IMG/VR virus record: IMGVR_UViG_3300045988_034929
Coordinates: 1 to 34,127 of that record
DNA from: a virus
DNA length: 34,127 nt
Direction: 5' to 3' (one strand)
The notes under the pieces were generated by a model. The model had not been told where the DNA came from and ran no database searches. It saw only the letters and a list, made by a program, of their open reading frames with translations. How positions within the stretch are numbered: position 1 is the first letter of the stretch; each line of letters opens with the position of its first letter. This document shows, piece by piece, positions 14,857 to 25,121 of the stretch. The position numbers and the translations under genes are program-made.

Positions 14857-16470
14857 ATGGATTTAACAATACGAATTAATGGCGAAGCGATAGACGGTGT
14901 TTCCGCTAACTCGGTAAAACTGACTATCAACAACCCAGACCCTCTTAAGTTTACGGAGCAAACGGTTAGTTACTCCGGGACAATCAACGTACCCCGGTCA
15001 GAAGTAAATGACCGGGTGTTCCGTTCCGAGCGTTTCCCCGGGAAGTTCATAAGGACATCCCCGTACCGTGCCGAATTGTATTTTGGGGGCCTCAATATTC
15101 CGTTCGGTAGCGGTCTGTTCCGTGTACGGGTAACGGCAGACGAAGACGGATATAGCCTTGAATTGATAGAAAACATATCTAAGCTTTCGTCATTGCGCGC
15201 CCCGGTGGTGGCAATACCTAAATATGAAACACCGGCATACCAGTTTTCGGCGTATATAGATAGCCTTAATTACGCGTACCCGAACGACGTTACTATGCCT
15301 ACACTATACGCGAAAAACGGGACAACACCCGTGCTTATGTCATACATCGCAGACCGGGTCACAAAAAAGGCAGGTGATTACAAGGACGCGGAAAGCCAGT
15401 TGGTTTTTAAAGGCGCACACGACGGACTGGACGGCTCTGTATATTCGGCTAACTATATGATAGCGGAAAGCAACGAGGTTGCCACGTGTTTTACATACAT
15501 GGTTGGCTCCGAGTTCGATTTAAGGTTTACAGACGATTCGTTTATTGTCCTTCCGCCTTCCGCGCCTTCTACTGTTTATCTTAGAAGCAACGGCGGTACA
15601 TTCGCTTTGCCATTTAAGCGCGGTGCGGTAAGACCCGACGGCAATCACCCGTATTACCCGGTAAACCCGGGTGCTACGTCTTGCTTGGTCACTCCGAGGC
15701 CTTCACACGATTTGAACTTCGGATTTACTACCTCGGCCGTGTCGGGGGTGTATTCGGGCACACCGATTACCACCGTACCGAATACAGAGGCCTATTTTAT
15801 ATCGTTCAAAATTAATTCGGCTATAACCCCTACCTATGCATGGGACTTGGTGGAAACAATGGGTATTGATACGCCTTTCGGGATTGTGCAGGCGTTCTGC
15901 AAAGCCTTTTGTTGGACGTATGAATTTAAATCAAGCCCGTTTGCCTTGACACTTAAGCCGTTTATCAACCCGTCTGCGAGTTCTACGTACCGGGTAGACT
16001 GGACGGGAAAAATAGACCAATCAAGTATAAAGGTTGCAGAAGCCGCCGGCGCCGCAAGAACATACACAGTACAGGTAGGCTCGCTTAAACAGACGGTAGG
16101 CGGCTACGGTGGGGCTATATCTACGCAGGAGACAGTAGGCGAGAGCGCGTTCCCGGTAAACCCCGGTGCGCAAAAACCGTACGCCTCTATGATTAAGTTA
16201 TCCGGGTCAAACAATTATTACGCACTCGATAACTATTTCAACCGTGCGAGCGGTTATCGCTCTACGATAGCAGGGCATTACTACCGTTTCTCCCCCGGAT
16301 GGCAGGTGACGGCTAAAATGAACCTATCATATTTTGATATACAGAAAATGAAGTCCGACGCGCTTTATTTCGTAGGTGAGCTTAACCATTGGTTTTACCT
16401 TAGAGCATTGAGCAATTGGGACCCGCTAACGGGAAATGCGAACGTTACGTTAATCGCAGTTAAAAATTAA
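14857..16470 (+). CDS. Hypothetical virion structural protein (candidate tail or baseplate protein).
   Basis: 537-aa ORF directly upstream of the tape-measure-like gene. Confidence 0.55.
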   Translation: MDLTIRINGEAIDGVSANSVKLTINNPDPLKFTEQTVSYSGTINVPRSEVNDRVFRSERFPGKFIRTSPYRAELYFGGLNIPFGSGLFRVRVTADEDGYSLELIENISKLSSLRAPVVAIPKYETPAYQFSAYIDSLNYAYPNDVTMPTLYAKNGTTPVLMSYIADRVTKKAGDYKDAESQLVFKGAHDGLDGSVYSANYMIAESNEVATCFTYMVGSEFDLRFTDDSFIVLPPSAPSTVYLRSNGGTFALPFKRGAVRPDGNHPYYPVNPGATSCLVTPRPSHDLNFGFTTSAVSGVYSGTPITTVPNTEAYFISFKINSAITPTYAWDLVETMGIDTPFGIVQAFCKAFCWTYEFKSSPFALTLKPFINPSASSTYRVDWTGKIDQSSIKVAEAAGAARTYTVQVGSLKQTVGGYGGAISTQETVGESAFPVNPGAQKPYASMIKLSGSNNYYALDNYFNRASGYRSTIAGHYYRFSPGWQVTAKMNLSYFDIQKMKSDALYFVGELNHWFYLRALSNWDPLTGNANVTLIAVKN

Positions 16471-16481
16471 TAATTTGGGTT

Positions 16482-18989
16482 ATGGCAACAGAAAAAGTTA
16501 CTCTATTAGACCTTTCGTTCGATACGTCATCAGCTCTTGACGGGTTGGACGCTCTTATAGCAAAGTCCGTCGAACTGGCAGAAACAAAGAGCCAGCTAAT
16601 GGCAGCACTTAAGGACGAGAAGAAGCAGTTAGACGAGGCAGGAAAGGCATACAAGGCCGGGACAATCGGACAGGACGAGTATAAAAAGGCGGTAGGCGAT
16701 GCGGCAAAGGCTCAAATAGAATTGAAAAAGCAGTTGTTAGATGTCAACGCGTCAATCTCCGATAATAACCGCGAGATAAAGACGAACACGACACTCTTAA
16801 ACAGTCAAGAGGACAGCGTAGACGCGCTCCGTGCGCAGCTTGCAAAGAATACCAAGGAGCTAAACGCTATGAGCGCAGCAACGCGCAACAACTCCGAGGA
16901 GGGACAAAAGCTTGTGACCGAGACGAAGGAAATAAGCGACCGCCTTAAGGACATGGAAAAGGCGGTAGGCGATAACCGTAGGAACGTAGGTAACTATGCG
17001 GAAAGCATACAGGAAGCCATGAGCAGCACACAAGGGCTTTCCGGGGCTACAGCGGCTATGGCTACGTCTCTATCCGGGGGCGTGAACATTCTAAAGGTGT
17101 TTAATGCTACGTTGAAAGCTAACCCGATATTAGCGGTTGTTTCGGTTATCCTTGTTCTCGTGTCAACGGTTGAGCAGCTGATGAAACGTAACAGTGAGAT
17201 GGCTGCAAACCTAAAGGCGGCATTCGCGCCGTTTGAGGTTATCTTCTCGCGCATATTGGACGGCGTTACTGAACTCCTTGGGGGCGTGGCAAAGGCTTTC
17301 GAGTGGATAACGGAGAAGGTTGTTAACTTGCTTTCGTCTATCGGTCTCATTACCGAGGAGACCACAAAGGCAGCGAACGCAGCCAAAGCACTCACCAAGC
17401 AAGAACTCGCAATATATGAGGCGGAAACAAACAACCTCGTAACGTTATCGGCAATGCGTAGAGAATTGGAGGCGCAACGAACCATTGTAGGAGACCAGCT
17501 AAAGACCGCAGAGGAACGAAACCGGGCAGCGCAAAAGGCTATCGCGATTTCCAAGCAAATGGAGAAAGCCGAGATAGGCGTACTGCAACAGAAGTATAAT
17601 CAAATCAAGGCGCAAAACGAGTTGGGTTACACCAGCAAGGAAGACAGACGCGCCGAGATGCAAGCACTCGCAGACCTGCAAGCACGACAGGCCGATTATA
17701 TTGGTCAACGTAAAGAGTTGGAGAACCAGGCGAGCGGTATCGTAAAAACACAGATAGCCGCCAATGCAGCGGCTTACAAGGCCGCAGAGAGCGCGAAGGC
17801 ACAAGCCGCAGTAAAGGCAGCGCAGGACGCGGAGAACCAAAAGCGCGCTTTGCAGGAAGCTACAATCAAACAGATGGAAACAGCGTTAACGGCTCTTAAC
17901 CTTTCAATGCAGGCTAAAGAATTGGAAAACAACACCATCGGAATGAAGATAGAAAACGAAAAGGCATACGTCGAGGAGAGTCTAAAGCTTGAAAAGTACA
18001 GATTAGAACAAGGTCTCATCTCAAAGCAAGAATACGCCAACAAGGAAGCCGAATTTAATTTAGGCATACAACAATTGGAGATGCAACGTAAAGAAGAGCA
18101 AGACGCATTAATGAGAGAACGGGAAGCGATGGACGCGGCGAACCTGCACGAACTTAAGATGGCAGAAATAACAAACGAGTACGACCTAAGACAAGCGCAA
18201 CTCGATGCACAATACGCGCAGGAGATTGCCGCCGCCGAGAAGATAGGCGCGGACACCGCGTTGATACAGTCCAAATACGAGAAGGCGAAGGAGCAGAACA
18301 CCAGGGCACGCGTTAATGCAGAACTGACAATGACGGCAGGACTCGCAGGACAAATGTCAACACTGTTAGGGGAGCAAAGTGCTATTGGTAAGGCATTTGG
18401 CGTTGTTCAAGCGACAATAAATACGTACTTAGGCGCAACAAAAGCTCTCGCCACTGGTGGTATTTTAGGTATTGCACAAGCCGCTATCGTGATTGCTTTC
18501 GGTATGAAACAAGTCGCTACGATTGCAAAACAGAAAGACCCCGATACGAAAATTAACACATCGGTCAAGAAGTACGCGAAGGGTGGGCAGATATACGGTC
18601 GTTCCCATGCCCAGGGCGGCGTAACGTTCTGGGGCGATAACGGGCAAGTGTTCGAGGCAGAAGGCGGTGAGAACGTCTACATTATGAAGAAGACAGCGAG
18701 CGCCGAGATTAACGCCCTATCCGCGCTCAACGAGGCACACGGCGGCAATTCGTTCGGTACATCGGGGCTTTACAAGTTTGCTGACGGCGGTATGGTTGCC
18801 GGGCTTTCCGAAGCCAACCGGGTAGTTAAGCAAGCCGGGAGCATGAAGCTATCAAACGAAAGCATTAACCAACTCGCCGGGGTAGTTATCGACGCAGTAA
18901 TGAGCATGCCCAACCCGGTTGTATCGGTGCAGGATATCAACAACGGACAGAACGGCGTTTCAGTAGTTCAAAGGCTGGCAACGTATTAA
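16482..18989 (+). CDS. Tape-measure-like protein: long coiled coil plus hydrophobic segments.
   Basis: 835 aa. Extended Ala/Glu/Lys/Gln heptad-like regions, hydrophobic stretches (ILAVVSVILVLVS and GILGIAQAAIVIAFG), and a Gly-rich C-terminal domain. Confidence 0.6.
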   Translation: MATEKVTLLDLSFDTSSALDGLDALIAKSVELAETKSQLMAALKDEKKQLDEAGKAYKAGTIGQDEYKKAVGDAAKAQIELKKQLLDVNASISDNNREIKTNTTLLNSQEDSVDALRAQLAKNTKELNAMSAATRNNSEEGQKLVTETKEISDRLKDMEKAVGDNRRNVGNYAESIQEAMSSTQGLSGATAAMATSLSGGVNILKVFNATLKANPILAVVSVILVLVSTVEQLMKRNSEMAANLKAAFAPFEVIFSRILDGVTELLGGVAKAFEWITEKVVNLLSSIGLITEETTKAANAAKALTKQELAIYEAETNNLVTLSAMRRELEAQRTIVGDQLKTAEERNRAAQKAIAISKQMEKAEIGVLQQKYNQIKAQNELGYTSKEDRRAEMQALADLQARQADYIGQRKELENQASGIVKTQIAANAAAYKAAESAKAQAAVKAAQDAENQKRALQEATIKQMETALTALNLSMQAKELENNTIGMKIENEKAYVEESLKLEKYRLEQGLISKQEYANKEAEFNLGIQQLEMQRKEEQDALMREREAMDAANLHELKMAEITNEYDLRQAQLDAQYAQEIAAAEKIGADTALIQSKYEKAKEQNTRARVNAELTMTAGLAGQMSTLLGEQSAIGKAFGVVQATINTYLGATKALATGGILGIAQAAIVIAFGMKQVATIAKQKDPDTKINTSVKKYAKGGQIYGRSHAQGGVTFWGDNGQVFEAEGGENVYIMKKTASAEINALSALNEAHGGNSFGTSGLYKFADGGMVAGLSEANRVVKQAGSMKLSNESINQLAGVVIDAVMSMPNPVVSVQDINNGQNGVSVVQRLATY

Positions 18990-19031
18990 TTCATTAACTC
19001 GTGCAGAGATGGCAGTTTACTATATACTGCC

Positions 19032-19039
19032 TATCTTTG
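19032..19039 (+). promoter_or_regulatory. Candidate -7 box TATCTTTG upstream of the capsid gene block.
   Basis: Matches TAnnTTTG 27 nt before the ATG at 19066. No clear -33 TTG. Confidence 0.35.
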
Positions 19040-19065
19040 CACGTGTTACAACAAAGACAAATTAT

Positions 19066-20037
19066 ATGAAATTTAGAAAACTTAGAATTATCCAAGCCGG
19101 GGTTACTACCAATTTTGGAGTACATGAGGGCAAGGAGTACCCGTTAGTCATTACGGAGACCGCAGTTCAAAGCGTTGTAACGCTCGGCAACCTAAAGCCT
19201 ATTCATTGCAGGCGTACCCATAATGGGGCAGATATGTTGGACGGGTATTTAGGAAAATTCACTAACTTCGTCTACGAGGACGGCGTAGCTTACGCAGATT
19301 TGGAATTATCCGAAGCCTTACAAGCCGCCTACCCGTCGGAGGCAAAATTCATCTCCGAGATGATAAAGAACGAACCCGACATGCTGGGTGTTTCGGTGGT
19401 AGGCATCAACAATCAGACATTAAACGGTGATGTGCTGGACGTTACCGAATTTTTTGAGTTATACACATGCGATTTGGTCGGGCTGCCAGCGGCCACCACA
19501 AGTCTATTTAATAATCAAAACGAAAAGAAGATGAACAAATTTTTTAGTTCTTTCGCTTCTCTATTCAAGAAGTCAAGCTTTGCAACCGAAACGGTAGAAA
19601 CCGTAGACGGCGCAAGTATCACTATTGAAGCGGCTGGCGAAATGATGGCTATCGGTGACAAGGTTTTCGATAGCGAAGGCAATGTCCACCCGGACGGCAA
19701 GGTAGAGGTTGCAGTAGAGGACGGTATTCTTGTTATCACCATTGCAAACGGTGTTATTGAAAACGTAGAAGCTAAGGTAGAAGCGGACTTAAAGGACAGC
19801 GAAGTAGAAATTAAAACCCCGGTTACCGCAGACGTGCCCGAAGAGTTTGCAAACCGTATGTCAGCTTTGGAAGCTTCAGTTACTGAACTTACCGCATCAC
19901 TGGAAGCTATGACGGCTCAATTTAACAGAGCGACACCGAAACCCGGCATACCGCCCGTTAACATGCCGAAGAAGAAAGAAACAAAATTATCAAAAGAGGC
20001 TGTAGCAGAAGCAGCTAAAAGATTTTACAACAAATAA
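19066..20037 (+). CDS. Putative prohead protease / scaffolding fusion protein.
   Basis: The N-terminal region (...IHCRRTHNG..MLDGYLGKF.NFVYEDGVAYADLEL) resembles HK97-type prohead protease. The C-terminus is acidic and coiled-coil. The internal ATG of track ORF 19009 is used. Confidence 0.5.
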   Translation: MKFRKLRIIQAGVTTNFGVHEGKEYPLVITETAVQSVVTLGNLKPIHCRRTHNGADMLDGYLGKFTNFVYEDGVAYADLELSEALQAAYPSEAKFISEMIKNEPDMLGVSVVGINNQTLNGDVLDVTEFFELYTCDLVGLPAATTSLFNNQNEKKMNKFFSSFASLFKKSSFATETVETVDGASITIEAAGEMMAIGDKVFDSEGNVHPDGKVEVAVEDGILVITIANGVIENVEAKVEADLKDSEVEIKTPVTADVPEEFANRMSALEASVTELTASLEAMTAQFNRATPKPGIPPVNMPKKKETKLSKEAVAEAAKRFYNK

Positions 20038-20053
20038 CTAAAAACAAAAGATT

Positions 20054-20998
20054 ATGGCTTTCACATTTACAGACCTTAACAAATTAAACCTCAACTCACT
20101 TAACGAGGTTATCTCTTTGACCGTCGGCCTTGCTGGTGAAATCTCACAAGGCATCACAGTAATGAACGGTATTCCTAACGGTACACCCGTCGTTTCCCTC
20201 ACCGCAGCCGACAAGGCTTTGCGTAAATCAGCAGGATGTAACGGTGAATACTTTTATAATAGCGTAGCTGACAAGGTTAAGTATTACCAGCACGCACCTA
20301 TCGAACTGCCTATTGAGATTTGCTTGCAAAGCTTGTGGGGTAAGATGGTAGCGAAGGGTATTAACCTGGATGACAATTTCTCTGAAACCGAATTGGCTGG
20401 TTTTATTCAGTCCGAGGTATTGAAGGTATTAGAGGCTGACTTGCTTCGTTTGGCTTGGTTGGACGGTAACGTATCGGTAGGAGCAACTGGTTACGGTATC
20501 TTCACTAACGGCGGTATTATCAAGCAGTACAAAGACAGCGCAATGGCTGAAAAAGTATTGGTTCTCACCACAGACGGCGTTCTCGCTGCATTGCGTGGTG
20601 CTATCGACGCACAACGTCCCGATACACTTGACAACTCCGAGTTCTTCGTTACGTCTAACGTTATGCGCTTGTATAAGAACTTGTTGCAGACACGCGATAA
20701 CAGTGTAGCGCAGTCCGATATCGTCGACGGCCGCCCGGTGTATTACTTCGAGGGTTACAAGATTAACGAGCTGAGACACGTTTCTAACGCTGCAACGGCT
20801 GATGGTTTGGACACCGCGTTTATCGCTTTCACTCCGAAAGACAACATTCAGATTGCCCTTGAAAGCGCTGGTACGGTTATCGCTCCGTTCATCCAGGACG
20901 CAAAGAGCCGTAACTACTACTCACAGACTTTGTTCGCGGCTGACGCTATGTTGGTAGCGCCCGAGAAATTGCAGTTGTGGTTAACTGCAAGAACATAA
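20054..20998 (+). CDS. Major capsid protein (putative, HK97-fold type).
   Basis: 314 aa. Follows the protease/scaffold gene and is followed by a strong terminator. Carries the conserved leader. Confidence 0.65.
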   Translation: MAFTFTDLNKLNLNSLNEVISLTVGLAGEISQGITVMNGIPNGTPVVSLTAADKALRKSAGCNGEYFYNSVADKVKYYQHAPIELPIEICLQSLWGKMVAKGINLDDNFSETELAGFIQSEVLKVLEADLLRLAWLDGNVSVGATGYGIFTNGGIIKQYKDSAMAEKVLVLTTDGVLAALRGAIDAQRPDTLDNSEFFVTSNVMRLYKNLLQTRDNSVAQSDIVDGRPVYYFEGYKINELRHVSNAATADGLDTAFIAFTPKDNIQIALESAGTVIAPFIQDAKSRNYYSQTLFAADAMLVAPEKLQLWLTART

Positions 20999-21016
20999 TA
21001 AATTCATTTACTAATT

Positions 21017-21050
21017 AAAGGGGTTGGGATATTAACCCGGCCCCTTTTTT
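21017..21050 (+). terminator. Intrinsic terminator after the capsid gene.
   Basis: GGGGTTGGG-N7-CCCGGCCCC stem followed by T6. Confidence 0.8.
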
Positions 21051-21062
21051 ATTTCAAATGAT

Positions 21063-21581
21063 ATGGGAAAAAATTGTTTAAACAAACTTTCGGGTAACAT
21101 CTCGCAGGGCTGTGCCATTACGCCCGTAGGCATTAAGGGGATATACCTTATGCACGCGGAAGATGTTACTGTTACTATTCATGCCGGGGGAGCTTCCATC
21201 GCTTCGGTGGTATTCGCTTCCGGGGCAAAGAGTTATAATGTAGAAGGGTATAAACAGAATATCCAATATACCGCGTCCCTTAAAACTATGGAGGCTTCTT
21301 CAAAGTTAAATACGTCAATTACGTTTAAGATGCCAATCGCAGGCGCAGACATGCAGTCACTCGCTATGGGGCGATTCTACGTTATGACCATGAATGCAGA
21401 CGGGACAAGCGATTTTATAGGTGCTAATGCCCCTCTTGAATGTTCAGCGATGGACTTTGACAGCAACGCAAACGCGCGGCTTGTTACGGTTACCTTATCC
21501 GACCCCGAAGGCTCTGCAGGTAATAACTTCTATGTTTGTTATACCGCGGTTCGTGATTCAATAATCTCTAAATCAGTTTAA
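21063..21581 (+). CDS. Structural-module paralog 1 of 3 (function unknown; candidate tail tube or decoration protein).
   Basis: N-terminal C-x(11)-GC pattern and a size similar to the next two genes. The most divergent member. Confidence 0.55.
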   Translation: MGKNCLNKLSGNISQGCAITPVGIKGIYLMHAEDVTVTIHAGGASIASVVFASGAKSYNVEGYKQNIQYTASLKTMEASSKLNTSITFKMPIAGADMQSLAMGRFYVMTMNADGTSDFIGANAPLECSAMDFDSNANARLVTVTLSDPEGSAGNNFYVCYTAVRDSIISKSV

Positions 21582-21583
21582 TT

Positions 21584-22120
21584 ATGGCATGTATTACAAA
21601 ATTGGCAAGCGCGATTGCCTATGATTGCGACACTGGCGCGACTGGTTTAGTTAGCGCTCTTATTATCAACAAAGCGGATATTGTGAGCTTCGGCATGTCC
21701 GCTGACGGGCAGGGTATTACGTCTCTTGCTATATCAGGCGCAAACCAAGTGTTCAAAGTAGATACCGTTAAACGAGCGGCTACCGCTTCGTCGGCGCTAA
21801 AGGTTAATGACGGCGCGCCAAACGCTTTCACGCATTCCGTCTCGCTCACGATAACATCCGCCTCAGAAGCGGTGCACAGCGCCATTTCGCAGGCTATTTC
21901 TAACGGTAGCTTTGTAGTGCTGGTGAAACGTGCGAACGGAACGTGCCAGGTTTACGGACTGTACTACGGGCTATCAGCCACAGCCTACGACCGTAGCACA
22001 CACGATAACGGGGGCTGGGCAACAGTTACGCTTGAAACGCCCGAAAATGTTATCGGGGAAGATAACCTACTGGTTGGTTCAGCGTATTACGATACCCTTT
22101 TCTCGACAGCAGTAGGATAG
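21584..22120 (+). CDS. Structural-module paralog 2 of 3.
   Basis: MACI...DC..G..G......IN.ADI.SF and a later VYGL motif are shared with 22152..22718. Confidence 0.6.
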   Translation: MACITKLASAIAYDCDTGATGLVSALIINKADIVSFGMSADGQGITSLAISGANQVFKVDTVKRAATASSALKVNDGAPNAFTHSVSLTITSASEAVHSAISQAISNGSFVVLVKRANGTCQVYGLYYGLSATAYDRSTHDNGGWATVTLETPENVIGEDNLLVGSAYYDTLFSTAVG

Positions 22121-22151
22121 TAATTAACTAAAAAAGAAAGGAAAAAATAAT

Positions 22152-22718
22152 ATGGCATGTATTGGACTTATAGGCGGAGCTTTGGCGATGGGGTGTGGGG
22201 CACCTACCCCAGCTTTTAACCGCATACAAGGCGCAAAGCTAATCAACGCAGCAGATATAGCGAGTTTTACGGTAGATGGTGTGAGCGCGGCTACTATTAC
22301 AAGGGTGGCAACCAAAGTGGGATATGAGATAACCGCCGTCAATAACGCCCTTACTTTGACGGTGGGGTTGAAGTCGCAGGACATTATGCCGGGGGCATAT
22401 GACGTCACGATATCGTTTAAGCAGTTTGCCCCCGGGGGTAATTCGGGTGTATCCTCTTCCGGTGGTGCTATGGGAACTACGAATTCCCTGGCGCGTGCCG
22501 AACTTGTATTCGCCATAGACCACGGAAACGGTGTTTATCGGGTTTACGGTCTTGGTGCGCCTCTTGTTTGCTTGGAGTATAGCCTTGATTCTACAGCCGA
22601 CGGGTATTCTATGTTCACCTATGGCGTTGAAGATTGGCAGGTGGGTACAACTATCCACACATTGACGAAGGCAGATTATGACGCGTTGTCTACACCAGCA
22701 GTAGCACCACAATCCTAA
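22152..22718 (+). CDS. Structural-module paralog 3 of 3.
   Basis: MACI...GC.......LINAADIASF...VYGL are shared with 21584..22120. Confidence 0.6.
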   Translation: MACIGLIGGALAMGCGAPTPAFNRIQGAKLINAADIASFTVDGVSAATITRVATKVGYEITAVNNALTLTVGLKSQDIMPGAYDVTISFKQFAPGGNSGVSSSGGAMGTTNSLARAELVFAIDHGNGVYRVYGLGAPLVCLEYSLDSTADGYSMFTYGVEDWQVGTTIHTLTKADYDALSTPAVAPQS

Positions 22719-22734
22719 TTAAATCAAAAAGAAA

Positions 22735-23091
22735 ATGGCAGAAGAATTAACTAATACTACGGGGCAGGGCGAAAGCACTGCACCCGTTGTTGTTGAACCG
22801 AAGGTTGCAACATTACAGGAAAAGTTGGATACCTATTACACAATGACGGGTCTAAAACTTGACCCGAATTGTCACATGGATATGGAATATTTATCTTTGT
22901 GGTATGAAACGAAGTATTTAACTAAGGTGGTTTACAGATGGGCAATGAAGCCCGGGGCGCGTATCGTGCATTACGTTGATGGTATCGTGTATAAGAGTGC
23001 GAACATGACCGACGAAATAGCGGAACGCCTTATGAATGAAAACCCGTCTTATGCTGAATGCTTCGTAGAAATCAATAAAGAGGAGGTTTAA
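22735..23091 (+). CDS. Hypothetical protein.
   Basis: 118-aa ORF. Confidence 0.7.
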   Translation: MAEELTNTTGQGESTAPVVVEPKVATLQEKLDTYYTMTGLKLDPNCHMDMEYLSLWYETKYLTKVVYRWAMKPGARIVHYVDGIVYKSANMTDEIAERLMNENPSYAECFVEINKEEV

Positions 23092-23093
23092 TT

Positions 23094-24251
23094 ATGATAG
23101 GTTACAGACGTTTCGCGCTTGTTGTCGAAAAGGCGCTTAAGTTGTCCGCTAATACGGGCGATAAGATTATTAACTACGGAGACGGCAACTTATATCCGCA
23201 GGAAATAGCAGAACTAATATACGCTTCCAAGACAGCCACGGCCGCAGTTGAGAAAATGACCGAGAATATTATTTGCGAAGGGTTCAAAAACAAGGACTTC
23301 GCGGCGATAACAAACGGGAACGGCTGTAACATGGACGATGTTTTAGAGGCTACGGCAAACGATGTTGCACGTTTTAGGGGCTGGGCTTGGATAATACAGT
23401 ATGGGCTGACACCCGAAGGCTACAAGCCCCGAAACGTGTACAACGTTCCGTTTGAATATGTACGTGCCGAGATGAACGACAACTATTTGAAAGACCCGGC
23501 CATAAAGAGATGGCGCGTTTTCAATAACTGGGACAGACAGAACGTCAAGGCAACGAGCAGCGCGCAGAACTCCACGGTATATCCGACATATGACCCGGAA
23601 AACTTCGCATCAGAGGTTGAGGAGTGCGGCGGTATTGAGAATCATAAAGGGCAGCTACTATATGTGAACCTTGGAACAACGCGCCCGTATCCCCTTAGTA
23701 CGTTCCACTCGGTACGTAACGAGATGGGTGCGGAGGACAAGAACGGCAAGTACGTTAACCGTACTTTGGGCAGGGGCTTCCACATGTGCAGTATTGTGTC
23801 GCACGGTGATTTCGAGACCGAGCAGGCGCAACAAGAGTTCCGCGATACATTAGCCGATATGATGGGTAGCGAGAACGCTGGTTCAGTTCTTACCGTTCGG
23901 GACGAGAACGTAGCCACGGACAAACCGTTTATCAAGGTAGACCAGTTAGGCAGCCCGATAGATAGGGAGCTTTACAAGGCCTACGTAGAGCCCCTTAGAA
24001 AGGATATCGCAATAGCTGCATATAACATTCCGTTACCCCTTATTGACAGTTCGCTGATGACCTATTCTAATGCTTCGGGCGAGGTTATAAAGGAGCTGCA
24101 AAAGGTCTATCGCAATAGCTTGCAAAAGATACGTCAACGCATTTCGCGCGAATTATACCAAGTGTTCGGGGTTGACCCGTCAGTTACAGAAATTAATAAT
24201 AAATTTGGAGAAGATGGCATACCCGATAGCGTTGTTTCGCCAGTTGTTTGA
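23094..24251 (+). CDS. Putative portal protein (low confidence).
   Basis: 385 aa. It is the only protein in the structural module of suitable size with no other assignment. The resemblance to portals is vague, and no diagnostic motif could be verified. Confidence 0.4.
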   Translation: MIGYRRFALVVEKALKLSANTGDKIINYGDGNLYPQEIAELIYASKTATAAVEKMTENIICEGFKNKDFAAITNGNGCNMDDVLEATANDVARFRGWAWIIQYGLTPEGYKPRNVYNVPFEYVRAEMNDNYLKDPAIKRWRVFNNWDRQNVKATSSAQNSTVYPTYDPENFASEVEECGGIENHKGQLLYVNLGTTRPYPLSTFHSVRNEMGAEDKNGKYVNRTLGRGFHMCSIVSHGDFETEQAQQEFRDTLADMMGSENAGSVLTVRDENVATDKPFIKVDQLGSPIDRELYKAYVEPLRKDIAIAAYNIPLPLIDSSLMTYSNASGEVIKELQKVYRNSLQKIRQRISRELYQVFGVDPSVTEINNKFGEDGIPDSVVSPVV

Positions 24252-24645
24252 GATAGCAACGGACGTTAAGGATAACAAGATAGAGAAGGCATTCTTCGAG
24301 GCAGACCTGCTCGATATATTGCCGCAGATTGACAGCATGTATGAGGCTGTTCCGGGGCAATATATCCCGGACGGGCCTAACTTCGCAGGACTTGAAAAGG
24401 TTATTTGTTACTACGCGTTCGCGCGGTATTTGCAAATAGCGGACCAAAACAGTACTAGCACGGGTATGAAGATTCAGACCTATGGAGGCTCGGTAGTAGT
24501 TCCCGATACAAGCAAGGTTAAAAGGTTTGAGGCCGAACGGGGCAAGGCAGACCTTTTTATAGAACCGTTGATTTGCCAAATGAAGGCGGACGGGTTTATA
24601 AAGGCATGTACAGTATCTAACACCCGTATAGGGTTAATCAAGTGA
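24214..24645 (+). CDS. Hypothetical protein. An alternative start lies at 24172.
   Basis: Track ORF 24172..24645. The ATG at 24214 shortens the overlap with the upstream gene. Confidence 0.6.
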   Translation: MAYPIALFRQLFEIATDVKDNKIEKAFFEADLLDILPQIDSMYEAVPGQYIPDGPNFAGLEKVICYYAFARYLQIADQNSTSTGMKIQTYGGSVVVPDTSKVKRFEAERGKADLFIEPLICQMKADGFIKACTVSNTRIGLIK

Positions 24646-25121
24646 TAGAACAATTTGAGGCCTATTTCCGCACGTTTTTTGCTGTTACCGTTCTGGCAGT
24701 AGTTACGGACATATGGGACTTTATATTTTTAGTGGTTATCGTTACTGCGTTGAATTGGTTGGTAGGTTATTTGGCAGACCGGGCGAAAGGAAAGCCCTAC
24801 AAGCACAAAAAGACCATGCAGGCAGTTAAGGAGCTGTTTTTAACCAATGCAATACTATTCTTTGTAGCCCTCACATGCAATATGTTAGAGCCGGGGATAG
24901 ATTATCAGCTTTTAGTTAAGGTGCTCACGGGTATATTCCTTATTATATACGCGCGTAACATAACAAGAAACCTTAGGGTAGTGCAGCCGGGAAATGAATT
25001 CGTGAAGGTGCTAAACAGTATAGCGAATAGCAAGTATTTCCAACTTAAGAAAAGAATTAAGGACGGCGAATTTGAAATACCCTTAGAAGAAAAGGAAAAA
25101 GAAGATGGCGAACAGCAGTAA
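24642..25121 (+). CDS. Holin (putative; about four transmembrane segments).
   Basis: Multiple hydrophobic helices with a charged C-terminus. Immediately upstream of, and overlapping, the endolysin gene. Confidence 0.6.
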   Translation: MIEQFEAYFRTFFAVTVLAVVTDIWDFIFLVVIVTALNWLVGYLADRAKGKPYKHKKTMQAVKELFLTNAILFFVALTCNMLEPGIDYQLLVKVLTGIFLIIYARNITRNLRVVQPGNEFVKVLNSIANSKYFQLKKRIKDGEFEIPLEEKEKEDGEQQ

